Origin: Candidatus Zixiibacteriota bacterium
GTDB taxonomy: Bacteria; Zixibacteria; MSB-5A5; GN15; JAAZOE01
NCBI GenBank assembly: GCA_043819555.1
Contig: JBDREQ010000066.1
Coordinates: forward strand, 1 to 64,000
Length of the DNA: 64,000 nucleotides
Reading direction: 5' to 3'
A program made the position numbers and the translations under genes. A model generated the notes under the pieces. That model did no database searches. It had not been told where the DNA came from and saw nothing but the letters and a program-made list of their open reading frames with translations. The stretch's first letter is position 1. The number at the start of each line of letters is the position of its first letter. Below, piece after piece: positions 49,442-58,125 of this stretch.

Positions 49442-50341
49442 ATGTCATATCAAAAGCAGATCATTGTTTTAATTTTTTCACTGATATTAACAGCACCCTG
49501 TGCTTTTGCGCAGGATGAAGATCCTGCCAAATGGATAACTTCGATTGTGCTGGATATCACCACCACCCAAACTGCCTATTCCGATTCCTGGAGCGGTGGT
49601 GAATTGGGTTCTCTTAGCTGGGTCGGCAATCTTAATGGCTCAGCCGAAAAACAACTGTCCCCATCGTTTAATTTTAAATCACGGCTCAAACTCTCATTCG
49701 GTCAAACTCTGGCTCAGGATACTAATAAAGTCTGGGCCAAACCGCGCAAGTCAACTGATTTGATAGATTGGGAAAATGTCGGCCGGGTCACAAAAAACTG
49801 GTTTGTCGATCCATATGTTGCCTTTCGATTGGAATCGCAATTCCTCGACGCCTCGTTCGAGCCAAAAAAACGATATTTCACTCCTATCAGACTGACCGAA
49901 TCTGCCGGTGTCGCTCGAAAACTATACGCCGAAGGCGAGAAGAATGAGATTATCAGCCGTCTTGGTTTCGCCTTGAGACAAATTATGAAAAATGTCATTA
50001 TTGATCCGGTGACGTATGCTACTGCTGATTCAACCCTGACTGACGGCGGTATTGAATCGGTTACCGATATCAAATTATCACTTGGCGAAAAACTTCAATA
50101 CACGGGCAAACTCACGCTCTATAAAGCCCTCTTCTTTTCCGGAAAAGACAAAGTCGCCGGAACTGAGTATGAAGATTACTGGAAAGCCGCCGATGTCAAC
50201 TGGGAAAATATATTGACCGCATCAATTACTAAAATCCTTTCTGTTAATTTTTACACTCAGGTCCTCTATGATAAAGAAGTGAGCATAAAGGGTCGTTTTA
50301 AAGAAACTCTGGGAATAGGCTTTGTTTTTAAGATGATGTAA
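49442..50341 (+). CDS. Exported outer-membrane beta-barrel-like protein (DUF3078-like)
   Basis: Signal peptide, TQTAYSDSWSGG, amphipathic strands, ETLGIGF near the C-terminus. Confidence 0.7.
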   Translation: MSYQKQIIVLIFSLILTAPCAFAQDEDPAKWITSIVLDITTTQTAYSDSWSGGELGSLSWVGNLNGSAEKQLSPSFNFKSRLKLSFGQTLAQDTNKVWAKPRKSTDLIDWENVGRVTKNWFVDPYVAFRLESQFLDASFEPKKRYFTPIRLTESAGVARKLYAEGEKNEIISRLGFALRQIMKNVIIDPVTYATADSTLTDGGIESVTDIKLSLGEKLQYTGKLTLYKALFFSGKDKVAGTEYEDYWKAADVNWENILTASITKILSVNFYTQVLYDKEVSIKGRFKETLGIGFVFKMM

Positions 50342-50357
50342 GAAAAATTATATGGGC

Positions 50358-50384
50358 AAAAGGCGGGTTTAACTCCCGCCTTTT
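50358..50384. terminator. Bidirectional intrinsic terminator
   Basis: AAAA-GGCGGG-loop-CCCGCC-TTTT between convergent genes. Confidence 0.85.
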
Positions 50385-50391
50385 ATTATTT

Positions 50392-51033
50392 CTAAAACCA
50401 ATAACCGGCCCGAAAGCCAAGAATCCGGCTTTTTTGATCTTCCCCCTGAATTGATTCGATAAGGCTAACTTCATATCTTGCTTCAAAGAAAATCCATCCG
50501 GTTTCGCCGGCTCTTAAATTCAAGCCCCCTCCAATGATGTATCCCAGGTCGGCTCCTTTGGAATTCTCAAGATCAATGTCCAAAGCCAATACTTCGTTCT
50601 CCACGCGTATCTTCGAATCCAGCCTTAATCCAAAAAATCCCCCGCCCTCTAAAAATAATGAAGCCTTATCACCATTTAAAAATGTGAACTTAGTTAAAAT
50701 TGGAACTTCAAGATAAGTAAAAGAGTATGTCAAATCGCGATAACCAACGAAAACATTGAGCGTGTCATAATAGGGATCTCCGGTAATCCTGTATCCTTTG
50801 CCATTAAAGACTAATTCCAATTGATAGGATAAATACTGATTTTGCATGTAATTCATATAACCACCAATACATAGTCCGGTTTTGGGTTTGGTGTCTACCG
50901 CATGTCCGGTTACATTTGCGATATTAAAACCGCCCATAAACCCAAAATTCAAATTATCAGAGGAATATTCCGCATAAGCAAAATTGCCTAAGAGCATAAC
51001 TGACAAAACAATCAGACAGATAACATTTTTCAT
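50392..51033 (-). CDS. Outer-membrane beta-barrel (PorT/porin family) protein
   Basis: Signal peptide, FGFMGGFNIA, YLEVPIL, terminal GYWF. Confidence 0.8.
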   Translation of the reverse strand: MKNVICLIVLSVMLLGNFAYAEYSSDNLNFGFMGGFNIANVTGHAVDTKPKTGLCIGGYMNYMQNQYLSYQLELVFNGKGYRITGDPYYDTLNVFVGYRDLTYSFTYLEVPILTKFTFLNGDKASLFLEGGGFFGLRLDSKIRVENEVLALDIDLENSKGADLGYIIGGGLNLRAGETGWIFFEARYEVSLIESIQGEDQKSRILGFRAGYWF

Positions 51034-51080
51034 CGTTTTTTCTTTCTACTTCACCGCAGATTAAACAAAATTTGTTATTT

Positions 51081-51455
51081 TTACTTTCCGCTTATAATCG
51101 CAACTGCCGCCGCATAATTGCTTTCATGGGTTATCGAGACTATAATCTCTCTTCCCGACATAACCTTATTTAATCTATCCGGCAAATGGACATATGGCAT
51201 ACCCGAGGCATGATTCAAAATTTCAATATCTTTCAAATATACACCACTGTCAAAAATAACACCCAGCGCCTTAATAACCGCTTCTTTGGCCGCGAATTTA
51301 CCGGCCATAACCGATAGCATTACCCCGGGCCGTTTATGTAAAATCTCGATTTCCTCATCAGAATATAGTCTTTTTAAGAATTTATCGCGAAAGCGATCAT
51401 ATATTTTGCCGATTCGCTGGATTTCCACAATATCAATTCCGGTCGAAATAACCAA
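51081..51455 (-). CDS. acpS: Holo-[acyl-carrier-protein] synthase
   Basis: GIDIVEI, AGKFAAKEAVIKALG, VSITHE. Confidence 0.96.
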   Translation of the reverse strand: MVISTGIDIVEIQRIGKIYDRFRDKFLKRLYSDEEIEILHKRPGVMLSVMAGKFAAKEAVIKALGVIFDSGVYLKDIEILNHASGMPYVHLPDRLNKVMSGREIIVSITHESNYAAAVAIISGK

Positions 51456-51591
51456 AATTCACCATCTTTCCGGCAAAAATGCCTTTCAAGGTAAAAAATC
51501 AGTATAGCATTTATGGCCGTCAAAATAAAGATAAATAAATATTATCCAAAAAAGTTGTTGCATTAAGTTTTTTGATTCGTAAATTTAATAA

Positions 51592-51769
51592 GGAGAGAGA
51601 TAAATTTGAAAAATCTCTAACACCTCCTTAATGAAGGTTGTCTCTATTTGGTTGCGCGTACGCCGTGACCCGTCTGTCAAGGACGGCAGCGAAAGCAAAA
51701 TACCGGGGTGGCTGTAAAAACCCTTTACCGTGTGGATTGAGGAGTTTTTTCAAAATATGTCTCTCTCTA
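51592..51769 (+). ncRNA. Putative 6S-like RNA (long rod with central bubble)
   Basis: Ends pair (GAGAGAGATA/TGTCTCTCTC; TTTGAAAAA/TTTTTCAAA), about 175 nt; upstream TTGCAT-N16-TAAATT and downstream T-run. Confidence 0.55.
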
Positions 51770-52396
51770 TTTTTTTAAGCTTAATATGCCTCTGATTTGA
51801 GGGGCGATTTTATCATAAGGCGTTCCGGGTTTTAGCAAAACCAGGAAAAACTCAACTCCGGTCGAAGCCAGAAGTATCCGATTCGGCTCAATCTCATAAA
51901 TCCCCTCCTCACGATTGCGACCATGTCCCGGCAATTCCGCAAAAACGCCAATCATATTGGGCAGTTCCCGCAGGATATGTTTGAACATCTTTTTAAATTC
52001 TTTCGTTATGTTGCGGTCGCCAACCAGCTTTCCTTCACTTGTTATGAGATATACTTTTTCAACAGAAGGCAAATCTCGAATCTGATCTGATCTGATCCTT
52101 TTTTCAGCCTGGCCAAACCGGCTGGCCGGCTGCGACGGCAAACCTTCTTCCCTGAGAATCTTGGATACTTCCAGATGCTGAGCTTTGATAACGTCATCAA
52201 CCTCGTGCATCTCCTCAATCGAAGTAACCTCTTTGGCAACCGCGCGTTCAATCTTATGAAGAACCTGCCCCTTGGAAAAAATTGTTGTCGTTACCCGCGG
52301 GTGTGGCATGCGAGCATATTCCGTCTGAAGTTGGAATTCAGCCCCGCCCCGCTTCACAATCGATGTCCGACCGGACGGAATGTACTGTGATGACAT
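51767..52396 (-). CDS. Hypothetical two-domain protein (QTE-motif domain + roadblock-like domain)
   Basis: Long ORF downstream of nrdJ; FQLQTEY..PRVTTTIF..G and IRDLPSVEKVYLITSEGKLV. Confidence 0.75.
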   Translation of the reverse strand: MSSQYIPSGRTSIVKRGGAEFQLQTEYARMPHPRVTTTIFSKGQVLHKIERAVAKEVTSIEEMHEVDDVIKAQHLEVSKILREEGLPSQPASRFGQAEKRIRSDQIRDLPSVEKVYLITSEGKLVGDRNITKEFKKMFKHILRELPNMIGVFAELPGHGRNREEGIYEIEPNRILLASTGVEFFLVLLKPGTPYDKIAPQIRGILSLKK

Positions 52397-52440
52397 AAAA
52401 TACCTACCCGGCAGATATTAGTTTCTGCCAGGCAATATAA

Positions 52441-54723
52441 TTAACATTTGGAATAACCGCAACTACGACATACCAGACAACCCGATTCATGCTCAATTCG
52501 CATTCCGCAATCGGGACAAAATTCTGTGCCCAAATCAGTGGTGTTGTGCTTGATTGTCTTGCCGTCTCCGAAGTTTTTATGCAGGACAATCGCGATCGCG
52601 TCCGGAATCGATGATATCAATCCCCCATTTCCAAAAACCGGAGACGCGCCGCCGATACCTTTTAATTGCTTTACGATCCTATCCACTGGAATTCCGGATC
52701 GCAATCCCAGTGATATCATTCGACAAATAGCTTCGGTATCAGCCATTGTGGAATAACCCGATTTGCCTATCTGGGCAAATACTTCGAATGGTTTGCCGTT
52801 GAGAGTATTAACAGTTACATACAGGTTGCCATAACCGGTTTTTATTTTAGTGGTTATGCCCTGCAAATCCTCGGGCCGATTTAAAATCTTGGCAGTCTTT
52901 TTAGACATCGGCTGTTCGGATTCTTTATCTTTTTTGTCCGTGTTGCCGGTCGATAAAACCTGATTTGCCCGGCAACCGTCCCTATAAACGGTAACACCCT
53001 TACATCCGAGCTTAAAGGCTGTCAAATAAGCTTCCCGAACATCTTCAATGGTAGCCTCATGCGGCAAATTAATCGTTTTCGAAACGGCATTATCGGTATA
53101 CTTCTGCCACACGGCCTGCATCCTGACATGATCGGTTGGAGCCACGTCATGCGATGTTATGAAAATATCTTTAATATCACGCGGAATCTCATCAAATTCC
53201 TGAATCGAACCGGTTTCCGCGATTCGCTCCATCAACTCCTCGGAATAAAAACCCCGCTCCCTGGCCATTTTTTCAAAGATTGGATTGACCTCGATGAGCT
53301 TGGTGTTATCCATGACATTGCGTACATAACTAACGGCAAACAAAGGCTCAATTCCCGACGAACAACTGGAAATTATCGAAATCGTACCTGTGGGAGCTAT
53401 CGTTGTGACGGTAGAATTTCGAATCTCATTTCCCTGGCCATTCTGATAATATTCTGAACGTTCCCAGAGCGGAAATCTCCCCCGTTGAGCTGATAATTTC
53501 TTTGACTCTTCATGTCCGATATAATTGATACGAGTCATAATCTTTTCGGCCAAATCAAAAGCATCGGGCGAATCATACTTGATACCCATCATGATTAGCA
53601 TATCTGCCCAACCCATCACACCCAAACCGATTTTGCGATTGCTCTTGGTCATAGCGTCGATTTCCGGTAGCGGATAACGGTTGGCGTCAATTACATTATC
53701 AAGAAAATGGACCGCCTTGCACACCGTCTCATCCAGCTTTTCCCAGTCTACTTCATAACGATACATGGAGTGGGTATTATCGGGATCGACGACAGCCCGC
53801 AGCATCTTAAATAAATTGATCGAGCCCAAATTACAGCTTTCATAGGGCAAAAGCGGTTGTTCCCCGCACGGATTAGTTGATTCATAGAGACCAACCTGGG
53901 ATACCGGATTTTCACTATTCATCTGATCTATAAACATTACCCCCGGCTCACCTGTAGAATGGGCGTGATCGACGATCTGATCAAACACCTCGCGAGCCAT
54001 CAACCGAACAATCTGGCCATCCCGAACAAACGGTTTTTCGGTTCGAGGATCTATTAAATCGTATTCCGAATTGGATTCCACCGCATACATAAAGGCATCC
54101 GTTATCGCTACGGAAATATTGAAATTCGTTAGTTCCGACAAATCATCTTTGCAGTTGATAAATCCCTCGATATCGGGATGATCAACGCGCAATACCCCCA
54201 TATTGGCGCCTCGGCGAGTGCCCCCCTGTTTGACCGCCTCGGTGGCGGCATTTATCACTTTCATAAACGATATCGGCCCCGATGCCACTCCCGAAGTCGA
54301 TGCCACAACCGAATTCGCGGGGCGCAAACGGGAAAAAGCGAATCCTGTTCCGCCGCCGGATTTGTGAATCAGTGCGGTATTTTTCACGGTCGTAAAGATC
54401 GACTCCATGCTGTCATCAATGGGTAACACAAAGCAAGCCGATAACTGCCCAAGAGGACGACCGGCATTCATCAATGTCGGCGAGTTGGGCATAAATTCCA
54501 AATTAGCCATTAGATCATAAAAAGTATCTTCTGTCTTTTTAATCTCTTCCTGAGTCGCTCCGTACATCTGATCCGGTGCAGATATTGTTCGCGCCACCCG
54601 CCGGAAAAGCCCTTCCGGAGTTTCAATGATGTTTCCTTTGCCGTCTTTTGCCAGATAACGACGCTCCAAAACCTTGAGAGCGTTTTCGGTCAGTTGCGGT
54701 TTATTTGTTTTTACTTCTTCCAT
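52441..54723 (-). CDS. nrdJ: Class II (adenosylcobalamin-dependent) ribonucleotide reductase with C-terminal TSCPD/Zn ribbon
   Basis: FMPNSPTLMNAG, LSACFV, TNPCGEQPL, TIAPTGTIS, C-terminal CPDC..CRSCGYSKC; no nrdB nearby. Confidence 0.95.
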   Translation of the reverse strand: MEEVKTNKPQLTENALKVLERRYLAKDGKGNIIETPEGLFRRVARTISAPDQMYGATQEEIKKTEDTFYDLMANLEFMPNSPTLMNAGRPLGQLSACFVLPIDDSMESIFTTVKNTALIHKSGGGTGFAFSRLRPANSVVASTSGVASGPISFMKVINAATEAVKQGGTRRGANMGVLRVDHPDIEGFINCKDDLSELTNFNISVAITDAFMYAVESNSEYDLIDPRTEKPFVRDGQIVRLMAREVFDQIVDHAHSTGEPGVMFIDQMNSENPVSQVGLYESTNPCGEQPLLPYESCNLGSINLFKMLRAVVDPDNTHSMYRYEVDWEKLDETVCKAVHFLDNVIDANRYPLPEIDAMTKSNRKIGLGVMGWADMLIMMGIKYDSPDAFDLAEKIMTRINYIGHEESKKLSAQRGRFPLWERSEYYQNGQGNEIRNSTVTTIAPTGTISIISSCSSGIEPLFAVSYVRNVMDNTKLIEVNPIFEKMARERGFYSEELMERIAETGSIQEFDEIPRDIKDIFITSHDVAPTDHVRMQAVWQKYTDNAVSKTINLPHEATIEDVREAYLTAFKLGCKGVTVYRDGCRANQVLSTGNTDKKDKESEQPMSKKTAKILNRPEDLQGITTKIKTGYGNLYVTVNTLNGKPFEVFAQIGKSGYSTMADTEAICRMISLGLRSGIPVDRIVKQLKGIGGASPVFGNGGLISSIPDAIAIVLHKNFGDGKTIKHNTTDLGTEFCPDCGMRIEHESGCLVCRSCGYSKC

Positions 54724-54950
54724 AGGCCCCTCCGATGCCATTCATCCTTGATGATGACGCACATATTTTCTTTATCAATTTCATAATCCCAAAAACATTG
54801 GGCGCTTCTCGTTTCATTACTCTCGGCATGTCCAAACAAATATATCTTATTTCCCAGTGGACCCATATTGGTCTCCAGGCTTATCATATCAATTTTAATT
54901 ATTCCTTCCACTACATTCATTCTACCATCGTTTTTATAATCGAGTGTCAC
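54711..54950 (-). CDS. Possible small hypothetical protein in the nrdJ leader
   Basis: 79-aa ORF overlapping the nrdJ start; no recognisable motif. Confidence 0.3.
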   Translation of the reverse strand: MTLDYKNDGRMNVVEGIIKIDMISLETNMGPLGNKIYLFGHAESNETRSAQCFWDYEIDKENMCVIIKDEWHRRGLWKK

Positions 54951-55154
54951 ATTTTAATCACTTTGGCGCGTAATATCCCTTGCCCATCTACGGGTAATTC
55001 TTCATAAAACACTGCCTGACAACACCTTGGCTAGTATAGAGGGGTTATCGTTTCCTGGTTCCTCTTCTCTCAGCGCAAATTCCCACAGGCAGTATAGAAA
55101 ATGGCAGATTTTTTCTCTGTTGTCAAATAAAAAATACGTTAAAAATGAAAAAAC

Positions 55155-55202
55155 ACACAACATATTGTGCATTTATCCAAAATAAAATACTTTATATTGT
55201 GG
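55155..55202. promoter_or_regulatory. Tandem NrdR boxes
   Basis: ACACAACATATTGTGC (55155-70) and ATACTTTATATTGTGG (55187-202), 32 bp apart, match acaCwAtATaTwGtgt. Confidence 0.85.
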
Positions 55203-55229
55203 ACAACCCTGTTCTTATTATGTGGATAA
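55173..55229. promoter_or_regulatory. DnaA boxes
   Basis: TGTGGATAA (55221-29, perfect), TGTGGACAA (55199-207), TTATCCAAA (55173-81). Confidence 0.65.
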
Positions 55230-55267
55230 CCTGTCGATTTCCTTATAATTATCTGACATATAACAGG

Positions 55268-55510
55268 TTAGTTTTTGAGCTGGCGAACCTGGCGGAGTTT
55301 ACGAAAAAGGTCAATATATTCTTTCATCATGATTTCTTCAGCCTCGCTGATTCCCTCCATCATCGGTATTCCGATTTTCAAAACAGCCCTTACCATGTCG
55401 GCCGCCGTTCGATCGTATTTTTCCGCCAAATTTGATAATCGTGACTTCAATTCATAAGACACGAAAACATTCAGGCAATGTTCACCTCTCAATTTCTTAA
55501 TCTCCTTCAC
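55268..55510 (-). CDS. Small ribbon-helix-helix-like protein
   Basis: LNVFVSYELKSRLSNLAEKYDRTAADMVRAVL strand-helix-helix pattern; GGAGG RBS. Confidence 0.65.
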   Translation of the reverse strand: MKEIKKLRGEHCLNVFVSYELKSRLSNLAEKYDRTAADMVRAVLKIGIPMMEGISEAEEIMMKEYIDLFRKLRQVRQLKN

Positions 55511-56047
55511 TTATGCCTCCTTGATGATATGATATTTTAGATGACCGATTAATCGCTGTGGAGTCTTTATTATGATCCCATAATCATTTTTAAGAGTTTT
55601 AATTATATGTTTCCATGTTTCACTTTTATTCCTGGCCATTATCAATTGATTTATATCCTCCAGTTGCGGATGCCGGCACAGACAGCATTCAATTTGACTT
55701 GGTGCGGGAAGACTAATTTTGTCTTTTAAGGAGTGATAAAGATGCCTCTTTATTTTTTTTAGGGCTCGGTTATGCAGCGCCTCCAGTTTATAGACTGCCC
55801 GCCCTGATTTCTCGCCAATTTGCCGATAACCCAAACCCTCCATATAAAACGCGCGAATAAATGACGCTTCATCATTATTAAGAATCTCGAGCGCCCGATT
55901 GACGGCCGTGATAATTTCATAATTATAGTGATCGCTGTTTTTCTCGGCCCGGCCATCGCACGGTATCGACGGATCTCGTCCAAGGGTGACAATCCAATCC
56001 TGATAGATTATTCTTTCTTTTCTCATTATGTTTCCTTGCCGGTTCAA
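55511..56047 (-). CDS. Sigma70 region-4-like HTH protein with C-terminal Cys/His domain
   Basis: ALEILNNDEASFIRAFYMEGLGYRQIGEKSG..RALKKIK; CCLC..HLKYH. Confidence 0.7.
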   Translation of the reverse strand: MNRQGNIMRKERIIYQDWIVTLGRDPSIPCDGRAEKNSDHYNYEIITAVNRALEILNNDEASFIRAFYMEGLGYRQIGEKSGRAVYKLEALHNRALKKIKRHLYHSLKDKISLPAPSQIECCLCRHPQLEDINQLIMARNKSETWKHIIKTLKNDYGIIIKTPQRLIGHLKYHIIKEA

Positions 56048-56241
56048 TGTGCGTGAGAAAAATAGTGGTATTAACTGAAGCTGTCTATACCATGCGCGTC
56101 ACTTACAATCGCTTCCGAAAACTTGAAATACTTCATTATCAATGTGATTCACTTTTCCGAATAAGTTGATTTGACAAGACCGGAAAATTGGTTACTTTAC
56201 CACCCAATATGACAAAGATATTTATGGATTGAGAAGATTGA

Positions 56242-56994
56242 ATGGAAGATATAAATCAACACATCACTGACTGCCCGGAAGGCCACACCAGAGGAAACTC
56301 GAAAGAATCGACTTTTCCATATCGAACCAGCATCGGAACTTATATTGTCCTGGTATTTCTCATATTAGTTTTTCCGGGACTTAATATTATCATTGCTCTT
56401 CTGTTCGACAATGAAATAAATCTCGACTTATTCGATCCGGTCTGGTTTTTCTTTGTTCCGACAATGGCTATGTTATGGATGATTGCCCTGGCGGTTTTGT
56501 TGGCCATTTGGCGGGAAAAAGCTCCCCTGTCCTCGATTGGTCTGGGCAAATTCAAATTATCATATCTGGGATATGCCTTACTATTTATTATTGCTTCGAA
56601 CATCACCCTGGCAGTCGTTCAGATATTCCTTGAAACCCTTGGAATCGGATTCAGCGCCAATATCGAGGAAATCCTAAAAAAAGCACAGGAACATATCTGG
56701 TGGTGGCTGGCCATTTCAATTTCGGCCGCAATCTGTGAGGAAGTTTCATTTCGAGGATATGTCATGACCCGCATCAAGGGCCTGACCGGATGGGGCTGGA
56801 CAGTTCCCATCCTGGTCTCATCAATGGCTTTTGCGACCGGACATTTATATCAAGGGCTTGGCGGATTTTTGGTGATATTAATATACGGAACTATGTTCGC
56901 GGTTTTGTACGCGCTGACTCGTTCTATCTGGCCTGGAATTTTAGCTCATTTTATTCAGGATTTTTCGGCGATATTCTTTTATAAATACTTTTAA
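56242..56994 (+). CDS. CPBP (CAAX/Abi) family intramembrane metalloprotease
   Basis: EEVSFRG, FATGHLYQG, AHFIQD. Confidence 0.92.
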   Translation: MEDINQHITDCPEGHTRGNSKESTFPYRTSIGTYIVLVFLILVFPGLNIIIALLFDNEINLDLFDPVWFFFVPTMAMLWMIALAVLLAIWREKAPLSSIGLGKFKLSYLGYALLFIIASNITLAVVQIFLETLGIGFSANIEEILKKAQEHIWWWLAISISAAICEEVSFRGYVMTRIKGLTGWGWTVPILVSSMAFATGHLYQGLGGFLVILIYGTMFAVLYALTRSIWPGILAHFIQDFSAIFFYKYF

Positions 56995-58112
56995 TTCCCC
57001 TGTTTACCGGATGCGGCCGCACCGGGACCGGCATTGAATTCATCCAATGAGAATAGAATATCCGTATCCGGCTTTTCTAACCTTGCTTTATTTCTTCCCG
57101 CGTAATTATTAGAAACGGTGGCATCCATGGAGGCGACCGTTACATTTCCCGCCTTATCTGTCGCTCGAACGTAAATAGTATATTGGCCGTCAGGGAATTT
57201 ATCCGTTTCCCATGAAAAACCGGCATCGGATTCTTCGATTTCATTATCCCCGTCAGTATTGGTAATCACATGGAAAAATTGACGATCATCATAATTCCCG
57301 CGGGTGGGACAAAGCTGGTCTCTTTTATAAATCACTTCGACATTTTTGTCAAATTCAATCTTTCCCGTAAAATTTACAACATTCATCCAGGGTAAAGAGG
57401 CTTTACCCTCAATCTTATAATCGATTTGATATGGCGCTACTTTCCAATTATCATCATTTATATAATCATAAACCCGCGCGATAATATCAACATTACCGGA
57501 CAACGCCTCGCCTTCATTGAAATAATACTCAGACTCATTTACACTGAATGCCAGAAGCTGTTCTCCTATGGCATTTTCAAATACCGGCGCAATCGAATCA
57601 TGAAGAGGATCTAACTCATCAAGCGGATTCCCGATAAATTGCCAGTTCGAATCCCATACCTCTCCCGAATGCCTGACTTTCGCGAAATGCAAATGATGAA
57701 ACCCGGCAACCGGCCATTCTACCAATTTTCCAATTATTGTCCCGGCTTCAACCCTTTGACCCTCTTCGACAGTTATTGACGATTCATCTAAGTGAGCATA
57801 CAGCCATCCGTCGCATTCTTCCTCCCCCCCGAAATCTCCGATGACAACCCGCCAGTGAAGTTCAGCCGAAGTTGTTAAAATTGCTTTTACATAACCTGAT
57901 TTGACAGCGCAAACCGGGGTTCCTGCAGGGGCGAGAATATCAATACCGGGATGGAAATAAGGCAATCCGCCATAAAACTGAAACTCACCATGCGAGTTTC
58001 CGATATGATGCTTCATGTTGGCGTCTTTAATGGGCCAGTCAAGAGCGTTTGAATAGAAAGGCGCAAAAACGACCAGGCAGACTGCGAGAATTATGTATAT
58101 TGGAATACGCAT
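56991..58112 (-). CDS. Secreted M23 family metallopeptidase with C-terminal Ig-like domain
   Basis: Signal peptide; HPGID (HxxxD), YAHL, HLHF. Confidence 0.88.
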   Translation of the reverse strand: MRIPIYIILAVCLVVFAPFYSNALDWPIKDANMKHHIGNSHGEFQFYGGLPYFHPGIDILAPAGTPVCAVKSGYVKAILTTSAELHWRVVIGDFGGEEECDGWLYAHLDESSITVEEGQRVEAGTIIGKLVEWPVAGFHHLHFAKVRHSGEVWDSNWQFIGNPLDELDPLHDSIAPVFENAIGEQLLAFSVNESEYYFNEGEALSGNVDIIARVYDYINDDNWKVAPYQIDYKIEGKASLPWMNVVNFTGKIEFDKNVEVIYKRDQLCPTRGNYDDRQFFHVITNTDGDNEIEESDAGFSWETDKFPDGQYTIYVRATDKAGNVTVASMDATVSNNYAGRNKARLEKPDTDILFSLDEFNAGPGAAASGKQGN

Positions 58113-58125
58113 ATAATTCTCAATC

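Noticed and set aside
55040..55080. TPP riboswitch suggested by GCTGAGA on the minus strand
   Set aside because: The CUGAU..AAU..GCG pyrophosphate-binding arm is missing and the gene context does not fit
55173..55229. Replication origin
   Set aside because: Only three DnaA-box matches in a short gap, interleaved with NrdR boxes, and no dnaA/dnaN nearby
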